IMG/VR virus record: IMGVR_UViG_3300037851_000307
Span: 1 to 51,634 of that record
DNA: 51,634 nt
DNA from: a virus
Taxonomy: Duplodnaviria; Heunggongvirae; Uroviricota; Caudoviricetes
Direction: 5' to 3' (one strand)
Shown: positions 39,306 to 47,904 of the stretch, piece after piece
Layout of the letters: every line of letters begins with the position of its first letter
How positions within the stretch are numbered: position 1 is the first letter of the stretch
Made by a program: the position numbers and the translations under genes
The notes under the pieces: model-generated
What the model was told of the DNA's origin: nothing
The model's database searches: none
Seen by the model: the letters and a program-made list of their open reading frames with translations, nothing else

Positions 39306-40033
39306 TGGAAACAGTTAAAAATTTTATAAACAATAATCCATGGGCCAAAAATGTAATGTTTTTGGTCATTGGCGTTGCTATAGGCGCAATCTTTTATCCA
39401 ACAAAGAGAATTGAAGAGAAAGTTAAGTCTCATTATGAGCAACTTATGACTCAACAAGCTGAAACTTATAAAACTACTATTGCTTCGTATCAAGAAAAAC
39501 TAGATAAAGTTACACAAGAGAAGCAACAATTAGAAATTGAAACTCATAGAAAGATAACCTCTTTAACTATTCAAATAAGAGATTTAAAGAGCAAAACAAA
39601 AGAGTCATATTACAAAATTGTTCGTCCTGATGGTACTATTGAAATTAAAAAGTTTAAAGAATCAGAGATTAATGAAAGTACTCAGGTCATCTCTTCTATT
39701 AGAGAAGAATTTGATACAAAGATCAAGCAAATCAATGAGAAGTATGAAAAGATACATAGAGAAAGAGTTGAAGCTATAAGAGATGAATTCTTAAGCAGAG
39801 AATCTTCGTATAAGAAAACTATAGCTGACTTAGAAAAGTCTAAAGTTACAGAAGTTAATAAGAAGACTTTTGGCGTTGATGCTGGTATTTTATCTAATAA
39901 AAACTATTATGGTCATTTGTCGGCTGATCTCTTTGGTCCTGTATATGTAGCATTACCTATGCTATATAATCCTGATATTAACTCTCAATCAGATAAGCTT
40001 GTGGGTGGTCTTGGCATAGGAATTCGTTTCTAA
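39305..40033 (+). CDS. Membrane-anchored coiled-coil protein with C-terminal beta-signal (spanin-like candidate), 242 aa
   Basis: N-terminal hydrophobic helix VMFLVIGVAIGAIFY, long coiled coil, and C-terminal amphipathic strands ending GLGIGIRF. Confidence 0.5.
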   Translation: METVKNFINNNPWAKNVMFLVIGVAIGAIFYPTKRIEEKVKSHYEQLMTQQAETYKTTIASYQEKLDKVTQEKQQLEIETHRKITSLTIQIRDLKSKTKESYYKIVRPDGTIEIKKFKESEINESTQVISSIREEFDTKIKQINEKYEKIHRERVEAIRDEFLSRESSYKKTIADLEKSKVTEVNKKTFGVDAGILSNKNYYGHLSADLFGPVYVALPMLYNPDINSQSDKLVGGLGIGIRF

Positions 40034-40034
40034 G

Positions 40035-40041
40035 GTATTAT
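40035..40041 (+). promoter_or_regulatory. -10 element (G-TATTAT), 6 nt before ATG 40048
   Basis: Recurring motif with fixed spacing; no Shine-Dalgarno. Confidence 0.55.
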
Positions 40042-40047
40042 ATACCT

Positions 40048-40401
40048 ATGCCAAAATTTACATTTCATTGTTCAAATTGCGGGCACTCTGCTCAAAAAAT
40101 CACTTCTGTAAAAAGAAGTGATTTACCTTGTGATAAATGTGGATCTTTAATGATTAGGCAGATGCCTACATTAAATGGCGCGGTTCAAGTTACAGAAACC
40201 ATTGATCCATTAACTAATGCAAAATGGAAAAAAGATCAAGAAGAAATGTTGAAGGAACGCCAAGAAGACTACTATTGGGCAGTAGAGGTTCCTAGATTTA
40301 TTCAAACGTACAGTGTTGAAACCTGTTTAGAACAGGGGTGGTGTTACATAGACGATCACGGAAAAATTCAACCTCACACAAAACCACCGCATAAGAGATA
40401 A
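40048..40401 (+). CDS. FmdB-like zinc-ribbon protein, 117 aa
   Basis: MPKFTFHCSNCGH..LPCDKCGS..IRQM pattern. Confidence 0.75.
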   Translation: MPKFTFHCSNCGHSAQKITSVKRSDLPCDKCGSLMIRQMPTLNGAVQVTETIDPLTNAKWKKDQEEMLKERQEDYYWAVEVPRFIQTYSVETCLEQGWCYIDDHGKIQPHTKPPHKR

Positions 40402-40402
40402 C

Positions 40403-42169
40403 ATGAAAATAGTCTCAACAGAAATAAACAATATTTTAAGTATTGAAAGTGCTCAATTATCGTTCGATAACAATGGGCTTGTTTTAGTTGAAGGATGGAA
40501 TTTTGATGATGGAAGGGCTAATGGAGCTGGTAAAACTGCTATCTTTAATGCTATTTGCTTTGGTTTGTATGGAGATGTGCCTAGAAAGATAAACATATCA
40601 GACATCCTGAGACGAGGCGCTAAGAAAGGATATGTTGTTGTTCACGTTGACATTAATGGTACCAAGTATGGCATAAAGAGAGAGAGACCAAACAAGGTAA
40701 CATATTATGTTAATAGTGTTGAGCAGGAAATGACTCAACAGCAATTTGAGACTCACATTAAGCTATCTTATGATCAGTTTTTGGTATCTATGTATACTGC
40801 TCAGAACTCATCAGAGAAATTCATATATAAAAATGACTCTAAGAAAAAAGATTTTTTACTTCAATTACTTAACTTAAATGAATTTTCTTTATGTAAGAAA
40901 GAGGTTGACTCTTTAATTAAAGACATTGAGAAACATATTACAGAATTGTCCTTAAAGCTTAATACAGCTAAATCTAAAATACAGGCGTATGAAGAATCAC
41001 ATGTTGATCCTACAGATTTACAGGATTCTAATACTGCTTTAGATTATCAAATCAGAACGCATATTGCAACCATTAAGACTTTAGAAGGCGTGCAGAAACC
41101 AGAATGGTCAAAGTATGCTGCATTAGAACAAAATATATTAACTAAACGAGCCCAGTTTTTAGATTTAAGATCTAAGAGAACTTCTCTGTTTAATGAATTT
41201 CGATCTTTAACGTCGCAAGATAAACCTTTTGTAGAAAAGGCGCCAGATTCACATTGTCCTGCTTGTGATGAAGCTTTAAATATTAACGGTAAAAATTTAA
41301 TAAAAAACTCTGATTTGGTCGCTGTAAAAAAGCAGCATGAAGAGCATTTAAATGAGATTAGATCTAAGGCGACTGATATCAAGAAGCAAATTGATTCTAT
41401 TGATTTAGAATTGTCTAAAGAGGCGGAATTAGATAAGCTTACGAGCAAGTTGCGTGATAAAAAGATAGATGAGTCTGCAGAATATGATTCTGCGATTAAA
41501 AAAATCAGTGAATTAAAGTCTTTAATAGAAAGACTTAAAGTTACTATTGAGTCTAATGTTAAACGCATTGAAGAACAAAACCTTATTATAAATAAAAAGA
41601 ATGAATTATTGACTTTATGTAAGGCTATTGAAAATCAAATAGATTCTAAAAACCAAGAATTAGAGGTCTTGAATGCTGTTTCTCAGTTGTATTCAACAAC
41701 TGGTGCTCAGGCATACATAATGGATTCAGTAGTTGATTCTTTTAACCAGGTGGTTGGAAAGTATGTGGATATGATCTGGCCAAACGCGTCATATCAATTG
41801 AACTCATACAAGGAGAAAAGTGATGGAGATGTTGTTGCAAGATTTTCTGAAACATTGGTCATTGGCGGTAAAGAATGCTCTATCGGCAGTATGTCGGGAG
41901 GTGAACAGCGGGCTCTTTCTCTTGCAGTTGACTTTGCGATTGTTGATGTTCTTTCTAAGCAATTTGGCATGCCACTCAATCCTATCATCATGGATGAACC
42001 CTTTGAGGGCCTAGATGCAACGGGAAGAGAGGTCGTTATAGAACTGTTAGAAAAATTGGCCGCAGATAGACAGATATGGGTAGTAGACCATGCTTCAGAG
42101 GCTAAGGCTATGTTTTCTAAAACTATGCGAGTTGAGAAAAGAAACGGTATATCCACCATAGTGGTATAA
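40403..42169 (+). CDS. sbcC: SbcC/gp46-like SMC ATPase (recombination nuclease subunit), 588 aa
   Basis: Walker A NGAGKT, coiled coils, CPAC zinc hook, signature MSGGEQ, Walker B IIMDEPFEGLD. Confidence 0.95.
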   Translation: MKIVSTEINNILSIESAQLSFDNNGLVLVEGWNFDDGRANGAGKTAIFNAICFGLYGDVPRKINISDILRRGAKKGYVVVHVDINGTKYGIKRERPNKVTYYVNSVEQEMTQQQFETHIKLSYDQFLVSMYTAQNSSEKFIYKNDSKKKDFLLQLLNLNEFSLCKKEVDSLIKDIEKHITELSLKLNTAKSKIQAYEESHVDPTDLQDSNTALDYQIRTHIATIKTLEGVQKPEWSKYAALEQNILTKRAQFLDLRSKRTSLFNEFRSLTSQDKPFVEKAPDSHCPACDEALNINGKNLIKNSDLVAVKKQHEEHLNEIRSKATDIKKQIDSIDLELSKEAELDKLTSKLRDKKIDESAEYDSAIKKISELKSLIERLKVTIESNVKRIEEQNLIINKKNELLTLCKAIENQIDSKNQELEVLNAVSQLYSTTGAQAYIMDSVVDSFNQVVGKYVDMIWPNASYQLNSYKEKSDGDVVARFSETLVIGGKECSIGSMSGGEQRALSLAVDFAIVDVLSKQFGMPLNPIIMDEPFEGLDATGREVVIELLEKLAADRQIWVVDHASEAKAMFSKTMRVEKRNGISTIVV

Positions 42170-42170
42170 T
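42162..42170 (+). promoter_or_regulatory. Extended -10 (TGG-TATAAT), 6 nt before ATG 42177
   Basis: TGn extended -10 consensus. Confidence 0.65.
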
Positions 42171-42176
42171 AGTTAA

Positions 42177-42623
42177 ATGAGTAACTTTTTAAAGAAAATA
42201 GAGAGTTTAGGTGATCTTTTAAAGCAATTTAATGCTTCTATTAAGCAACCTAAAATGGCCGGCGTTAAACCACCAAAAACTAGTGCCCCTAAGTTACCCG
42301 GAATGCCATCTCAAAATCATAAAGATCCTGTTAAGGTTGCTCAACAAATTAAGGATGCTGGTTCTGGCGCTAAACCTATTGCAATGGAAGCTGCTAACCA
42401 GATTAAAGAATCATATAAAACTTCTAAAAATGGTCAATGGTCAATATCTAAAGCTGAAGTTAAGAAGCCAGAGGCTCCTAAAATAGCTGATGCTTACCAT
42501 ATTCATGTCAATGGTGAAAGAATAACTGATAAGCCATTAACTAGACAGCAAATCATCAAAAGATATGGCTCTGTTCAAAGACTTGAATCTAGTGGGCATC
42601 TTTTAGTTCCACATAAAGATTAG
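42177..42623 (+). CDS. Hypothetical Lys/Pro-rich protein, 148 aa
   Basis: Intact ORF with leaderless-type start geometry. Confidence 0.7.
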   Translation: MSNFLKKIESLGDLLKQFNASIKQPKMAGVKPPKTSAPKLPGMPSQNHKDPVKVAQQIKDAGSGAKPIAMEAANQIKESYKTSKNGQWSISKAEVKKPEAPKIADAYHIHVNGERITDKPLTRQQIIKRYGSVQRLESSGHLLVPHKD

Positions 42624-42629
42624 TATAAT
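42623..42629 (+). promoter_or_regulatory. -10 element (G-TATAAT), 6 nt before ATG 42636
   Basis: Recurring motif with fixed spacing; no Shine-Dalgarno. Confidence 0.6.
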
Positions 42630-42635
42630 TGCCTA

Positions 42636-43187
42636 ATGGCAAAGAAACGTCCTCCTTTTAATCAAAACGCAGCGATTCGATCCGCAATAAGGCGTGTATT
42701 TTCGCGTTCCCCTATTGTCAGGGAGATGATGTCTGCTGTTAGAAGAGAAGTACCTAAGTTTAACAAAGATGGATCTAGAGCTAAGAAAGATGCAGTTCAG
42801 TATCAATGTAACGTGTGTAAAACCTGGACAAAAAGTACAGCTATTGCTGTAGATCACAAAAATCCAGTTATTGATGTCGAAGATGGATTCGTTGATTGGA
42901 ACACTTTTGTTGATAGATTGTTTTGCGGGCCAGAAAACTTACAGGTAGTTTGCGATACTTGCCATCAAGAAAAAACCAACAAAGAACGCTTTGATAGATC
43001 TTTTATTAAAGATCAAGAGATATTAAAAAATATAGAACGAGTAGCCCCAGATTGGGACATTGAATTTGTTACTAAATTTGCTAAAAAATTCACAGCTAGC
43101 AAACTTAGCTTATATCCTAAAGACTTCACAGATCGCATTATTCGCCTTAAAGAACAATTGCGTGGTAGAAATAGGAAGAGCAAATAG
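42636..43187 (+). CDS. HNH endonuclease, 183 aa
   Basis: YQCNVC..VDHKNP..NLQVVCDTCHQEKT. Confidence 0.85.
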   Translation: MAKKRPPFNQNAAIRSAIRRVFSRSPIVREMMSAVRREVPKFNKDGSRAKKDAVQYQCNVCKTWTKSTAIAVDHKNPVIDVEDGFVDWNTFVDRLFCGPENLQVVCDTCHQEKTNKERFDRSFIKDQEILKNIERVAPDWDIEFVTKFAKKFTASKLSLYPKDFTDRIIRLKEQLRGRNRKSK

Positions 43188-43198
43188 AAGGAGATTCA

Positions 43199-43501
43199 AT
43201 GGGAATCAGTAAAGGTAAAGCTAGTAAAGTTCTTAGTCAAAGTTTCGTAGAAAACAATGAAAATGTATCAGAAGATCAAGCCGCAGATGCTATTATTAAG
43301 GCTCAACTAACTATTAAACAGTTAGAGGAAGAAAGAGATGCAGATGAGAAGCTTAATGCTGCCAAGGGTATTGTTAAGGATTTGAATGCTGGCTACAGCA
43401 GTGCGATAAGATATGAGAAGGCAAAAATCAATTTTCTTTTAGAGAAAATACAAGAGATCCAGAACGGGGAAGTTAACCCTACTTCTGGTGCCAATAGTTA
43501 A
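43199..43501 (+). CDS. Hypothetical coiled-coil protein, 100 aa
   Basis: AAGGAG Shine-Dalgarno; heptad pattern. Confidence 0.7.
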   Translation: MGISKGKASKVLSQSFVENNENVSEDQAADAIIKAQLTIKQLEEERDADEKLNAAKGIVKDLNAGYSSAIRYEKAKINFLLEKIQEIQNGEVNPTSGANS

Positions 43502-43512
43502 TTGGAGGACTA

Positions 43513-43851
43513 ATGAGTTTAAAAACAGATTACCTTAACGGCCCTAATGGTTACTATGAACAAATGCAGGATGTTTTTACCCAAGGTGAAAACTGGGTAA
43601 CATCAAACAATGGTGCCATTTCGGCAGCATTGGTTGCAAATGCTGCTAAGGGATTAAGAACGTTTACAGTAAATTTACCTGTTGCTTTTGAGCCAACGAA
43701 TTTACGTCTACTTGGAAATCATTGGCTTTCATTTCAAGCTGGCGTAGTATCTGGTCTTGCTGCACAAGATATTTATAGTTATGAGTGTAATGTCGAATTA
43801 AATACAGATGATGCACTTACAACCAGTATCGACTTGAATTTCACGTTTTAA
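43513..43851 (+). CDS. Hypothetical protein, 112 aa
   Basis: GGAGG Shine-Dalgarno; followed by a terminator. Confidence 0.7.
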   Translation: MSLKTDYLNGPNGYYEQMQDVFTQGENWVTSNNGAISAALVANAAKGLRTFTVNLPVAFEPTNLRLLGNHWLSFQAGVVSGLAAQDIYSYECNVELNTDDALTTSIDLNFTF

Positions 43852-43874
43852 TTTAACATCAAAGCTCTTAATTG

Positions 43875-43908
43875 AAACCCAAGGAAGTATAAATACCTTG
43901 GGTTTTTT
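43875..43908 (+). terminator. Rho-independent terminator-like hairpin
   Basis: AAACCCAAGG / CCTTGGGTTT 10-bp stem followed by a T-run; the loop is AAGTATAAATA. Confidence 0.7.
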
Positions 43909-43923
43909 ATTTTAGGAGATTAG

Positions 43924-46900
43924 ATGACAAAACGTTTTAAGGAACCAGCCCAATTACATAATCACAGCAAATATAGTCTATTAGACGCAGTACCTTCACC
44001 AGAAGAATGGGTTCAATGGTGTCTAGATAGCGGTACTCCAGGTTTTGCAATCACTGACCATGGAACTGCCATCTCAATGTACGATGCAATTCGCTTTCCT
44101 AAGATTATTGAAGATATAAATAAAGAAAATAAAGATCTAAATAAGAAAAACGGTACAAATCTTAGAACAGATTATGATCCAAAGTCTGTTATTGGTATTC
44201 CTGCTGTTGAACTGTATGTTAAATTAAACGCTCAAGATAAAGGCCATTACCATATTACAGCTTGGGCTGTAAGTAATGAAGGTTATCAAAATTTAATGAA
44301 ACTATCTTCGTTGGCTTTCAATGACACAGTTTCTTATTACGGAAACATAAAAGGCCGAGTTACATTTGATTTAATAAAGCAATATAAAAAGGGTTTAAAA
44401 TTCGGCACTGGTTGCATTGCTGGCCCTATAGGGCATGCTTTTGCTTTTGAGGACAACAAGGAACTTGCAGAAGAAAGATTCCTCTTTTACAAAGAGATGT
44501 TTGGCGATGATTTGTATGTAGAGTTTCATTGCGGTGACGTTACACATGAGTTTAATAAGACAACGGGTGGATTTGATCCATTTGAGCCTACTTGTCATTG
44601 CGAAGATGGAAATAAGCAAAAAGCTTACAATAGATTTTTAGCAGACATGATTGATAAGCATGGCGGTAAGGGTATTCCAGTTACCGATGCTCATTTTATT
44701 AAGCCAGAAGATAAGATTATTCAAGACTGTTTACTTAAAAACGGTAATGATAATGGTTGGTACTTTCAAGAGTCTTATCATCAATTTACAGCTGATGAAA
44801 TGTTTAAGAAGCTTAAAATTCATTTAGGCGATTGGTTAACTGAAACTAAGTTTGAGCAGTGGATTGAAAATACATATGAAGTTATGAATGCTGCTGCAAA
44901 CATAAATATTAAGTTTGATTACCACTTGCCTCAAATCCCTATTCCAGATCACATTAAGGCAAAAACCGATGATTATAATGCACAAACGTATTATTTCATG
45001 ATGGAGAAGATCAAAGAACACGGGAGATGGAATAATTCACCAGAATATGTGGCTCGCTTTAAACAGGAGTTAGACGTTATTAAAGATAATGCTACTTTAA
45101 ACTTCATACCGTATTTCTTATTGTATGAAGATATTGGCGCTTTTTGTAGAAGTAAGGGTATCTTGCAAAACATAGCTCGTGGTTCTGCCGGCGGATCTTT
45201 ATTGAGTTATTATCTTAAAATCATACATGTAGATCCTATTAGAGCCAATTTGCCATTTGAAAGATTCTTATCACATGCACGTATTAAAGCTGGATCATTT
45301 CCAGATATTGATGCAGATATCGGTGACGTCGCTAGACCATACGTAATGCGTTTTTTAATGGATAAATATGGACTAGGTTTTGCTCAAATAGCTACTTTTA
45401 ATAAAATGAAGACAAAGAATGCCATAAAGGATTCAATGTACGCTCTTTATGGTAAAAATAGAAACGATCCAGAAGTTGTAGCTATATGTAATGCTATCGA
45501 TGACTCGCCTCAAGGTATTGATGAACATGATTTTTTATATGGTTACACTGATAAAGAAGGTGTTTATCACGAGGGAGAAGTAGAGAAGAAGCAAGTTCTT
45601 GCTACTTTTCTTGATAGAAACCCTGATGTTAAAAACATGGTTGATAAGCTTATCGGTATGCCAAGAGGATGGTCAAGACATGCTTCTGCGTTTGTTATAT
45701 CTACGTTAGATATATCTAACGGTCGTGTTCCAACTATGATAATGGAAGACGCAAATGTTGGTGCTATACCAGTTACTCAGTATGATGCTACAATGGTAGA
45801 AAAATGCGGCTTAGTTAAAGCAGATATTCTTGGTTTGAAAACATTAAGTGTTGTATCTGATTGCGTAAAGATGATTAAAGATAAGCATGGAGTTGACTTA
45901 TTGAGAGAATCTCAACCTGGTCTGTCTTTAATATATGATTTACCTGAAGATCAAGGTGTTTATGCCGATTTTTATCGTAAAGATACAGATTCATCTTTTC
46001 AATTTAACTCTGATGTCATTAAAGGATGCGTTACTGATTTCGTGCCTACTCAGAGAGAGCATTTAAGTACAATGACTGCATTAATGCGTCCTGGTGCAAT
46101 GGACGCAAAAATGGATCTAGGTGATGGAAGCACTGATTCTATCACTGCAGCTAATTTTTATATTAAGGTACGTAAAGGCGATATGGATGTGAGATACATT
46201 CATCCTGATCTAGAGCCTTTCTTGAAAGATACCAATGGTGTTATTGTTTATCAAGAGCAAGTAATGGCTATTTTAGTTGCTATATGTGGATATACTCTTG
46301 AAGAGACAGATACAATTCGTTCTGCTATTGCTAAAAAGAAACACGACGTAATGATGTCAGCTTTTGACAAGATCAGAGAAAACACTTCTAAACGTGGATG
46401 GTCAAAAGAGCAAGCTAATGCGCTATGCGATACAATTATGGCTTTTTCGCGATATTCTTTTAATAGATCGCACTCTTGGGCTTATGCTGAATTGGGGTAC
46501 ATTACGATGTACCTTAAACATCACTATAATTTAGAATGGTGGTGTTCTGTTTTAAACAATGAAGATAAAGAAGATAAGATTAGAAAGTACATTTCTCTTC
46601 TTGGAGAAACTGTTAGACATGCTTCTTTAAAGACACCTACAGATAAATTCACTGTTATTGGTGACTATATTGTGGCGCCTGTTTCTGTTATCAAAGGTGT
46701 TGGTCCTGCTGTCGTCAGTGAACTTGTAAGCAAAGGTCCTTTTAATGATTTAAAGGATTTTATAGATCGCGTTAGTCATAGTAAAGTCAATATCGGAGCT
46801 ATATCTTCCCTTATTAAAGGAAGAGCCGCTGATGATCTAATGAGACAAGATATTCCTTATGCAGAAGCTCGTAGGCAGTTTATGAATGATTATTTGGCAT

Positions 46901-47409
46901 TAAAGAAAAGCAAAACACCTTTCAAGCCAGAAATGTATCAACTAGATCCTTTAGCTATATTTCTAGCTGAGCGTGACTTTAATAAGTGTTTTAATAAGAA
47001 TTTATTAGACGATGTAGATATCTTGAATTCTATTAAGAACACTTGGCCTGGTTTAAAGCCCACTGATAGAAGAGCAATACCATTTACTATGAAAGGTATG
47101 CCAGTTTTAAATAGCATTAAGGTGGCTGAAGGTTTGTTGAATAAAGATTTTGAGCAAGAAGTTGGTTTAATTCTACTGTATGAATCTTCATCAACACGAA
47201 GCGGTGTCTCTAAAAATGGTAAACCTTGGTCGTTAACTTCTGTAACGCTATCTGATGGATATGTTAATTTAGAAGCCACTGATTGGAATAGAAAATCTGC
47301 TTTTAAATGGAATAAGAACTCAATTGTCTTTGTAAGAGGAACTTTGAAAAAAGGTTGGAAAACACCAGTAAGTATAAATATCTCTGAAATTGAGAAAATA
47401 GAAAGGTAA
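43924..47409 (+). CDS. dnaE: DNA polymerase III alpha subunit (family C), 1161 aa
   Basis: PHP domain HNHSKYSLLD..ITDHG, RGSAGGS, PDIDAD, HASA, KADILGLKTL, YQEQVM, FNRSH and a C-terminal OB fold. Confidence 0.97.
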   Translation: MTKRFKEPAQLHNHSKYSLLDAVPSPEEWVQWCLDSGTPGFAITDHGTAISMYDAIRFPKIIEDINKENKDLNKKNGTNLRTDYDPKSVIGIPAVELYVKLNAQDKGHYHITAWAVSNEGYQNLMKLSSLAFNDTVSYYGNIKGRVTFDLIKQYKKGLKFGTGCIAGPIGHAFAFEDNKELAEERFLFYKEMFGDDLYVEFHCGDVTHEFNKTTGGFDPFEPTCHCEDGNKQKAYNRFLADMIDKHGGKGIPVTDAHFIKPEDKIIQDCLLKNGNDNGWYFQESYHQFTADEMFKKLKIHLGDWLTETKFEQWIENTYEVMNAAANINIKFDYHLPQIPIPDHIKAKTDDYNAQTYYFMMEKIKEHGRWNNSPEYVARFKQELDVIKDNATLNFIPYFLLYEDIGAFCRSKGILQNIARGSAGGSLLSYYLKIIHVDPIRANLPFERFLSHARIKAGSFPDIDADIGDVARPYVMRFLMDKYGLGFAQIATFNKMKTKNAIKDSMYALYGKNRNDPEVVAICNAIDDSPQGIDEHDFLYGYTDKEGVYHEGEVEKKQVLATFLDRNPDVKNMVDKLIGMPRGWSRHASAFVISTLDISNGRVPTMIMEDANVGAIPVTQYDATMVEKCGLVKADILGLKTLSVVSDCVKMIKDKHGVDLLRESQPGLSLIYDLPEDQGVYADFYRKDTDSSFQFNSDVIKGCVTDFVPTQREHLSTMTALMRPGAMDAKMDLGDGSTDSITAANFYIKVRKGDMDVRYIHPDLEPFLKDTNGVIVYQEQVMAILVAICGYTLEETDTIRSAIAKKKHDVMMSAFDKIRENTSKRGWSKEQANALCDTIMAFSRYSFNRSHSWAYAELGYITMYLKHHYNLEWWCSVLNNEDKEDKIRKYISLLGETVRHASLKTPTDKFTVIGDYIVAPVSVIKGVGPAVVSELVSKGPFNDLKDFIDRVSHSKVNIGAISSLIKGRAADDLMRQDIPYAEARRQFMNDYLALKKSKTPFKPEMYQLDPLAIFLAERDFNKCFNKNLLDDVDILNSIKNTWPGLKPTDRRAIPFTMKGMPVLNSIKVAEGLLNKDFEQEVGLILLYESSSTRSGVSKNGKPWSLTSVTLSDGYVNLEATDWNRKSAFKWNKNSIVFVRGTLKKGWKTPVSINISEIEKIER

Positions 47410-47411
47410 AA

Positions 47412-47834
47412 ATGGCAAAAGTAATTTTAACAGATTCTAAAGAATCTATAAAAAAAGATGAAATGGTTATTTCTATGCCGTCTTTTATGGAAGAGATTAA
47501 GGCGTCACATAGAAAAGCATCTGGAAAGCAGGTTACATCTGTTCATCACTTAAGAGAGATTGTTACTTTGATTTCTGAGAAGTACGATAAAGATTTTAAT
47601 TTCTACGCTAGAATACCTTATTCTAACTATGAAGGTATAGCTTATCAAACAGATGAAGATATAAGTAAAATCATGTTTAATATTCTAAGTAAGCATAGTC
47701 CTGACTTACTCACAAAGGTAATAGATTACTCTATTAAAAATAGACCGGTTAATGTAAAGACTATTTACTTTACTGGCCCTGAAACTTACTTAAAAATATT
47801 TTTTGATAATGGTATTGCTCTTGAAGAGCAGTAA
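47412..47834 (+). CDS. Hypothetical protein, 140 aa
   Basis: Intact ORF between dnaE and the SSB gene, with GAAAGG Shine-Dalgarno. Confidence 0.7.
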   Translation: MAKVILTDSKESIKKDEMVISMPSFMEEIKASHRKASGKQVTSVHHLREIVTLISEKYDKDFNFYARIPYSNYEGIAYQTDEDISKIMFNILSKHSPDLLTKVIDYSIKNRPVNVKTIYFTGPETYLKIFFDNGIALEEQ

Positions 47835-47836
47835 TG

Positions 47837-47845
47837 TGGTATAAT
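47837..47845 (+). promoter_or_regulatory. Extended -10 (TGG-TATAAT), 6 nt before minigene ATG 47852
   Basis: TGn extended -10 consensus; intergenic. Confidence 0.65.
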
Positions 47846-47851
47846 TTATAC

Positions 47852-47894
47852 ATGCCGTAAAACGGTAGTTAACAATAATGCCTTAAATGGTAGT
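47852..47894 (+). promoter_or_regulatory. Tandem repeat ATGCC-N-TAAA-(A)Y-GGTAGT (two Met-Pro-stop minigenes / hairpins) in the SSB leader
   Basis: ATGCCGTAAAACGGTAGT at 47852-47869 and ATGCCTTAAATGGTAGT at 47878-47894, abutting the AGGAG at 47895. Confidence 0.55.
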
Positions 47895-47904
47895 AGGAGA
47901 CAAT

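Noticed and set aside
47412-47834. Degenerate nucleotide-kinase fold for the 140-aa ORF
   Set aside because: No Walker A motif, and the resemblance is too faint to support without a profile search.
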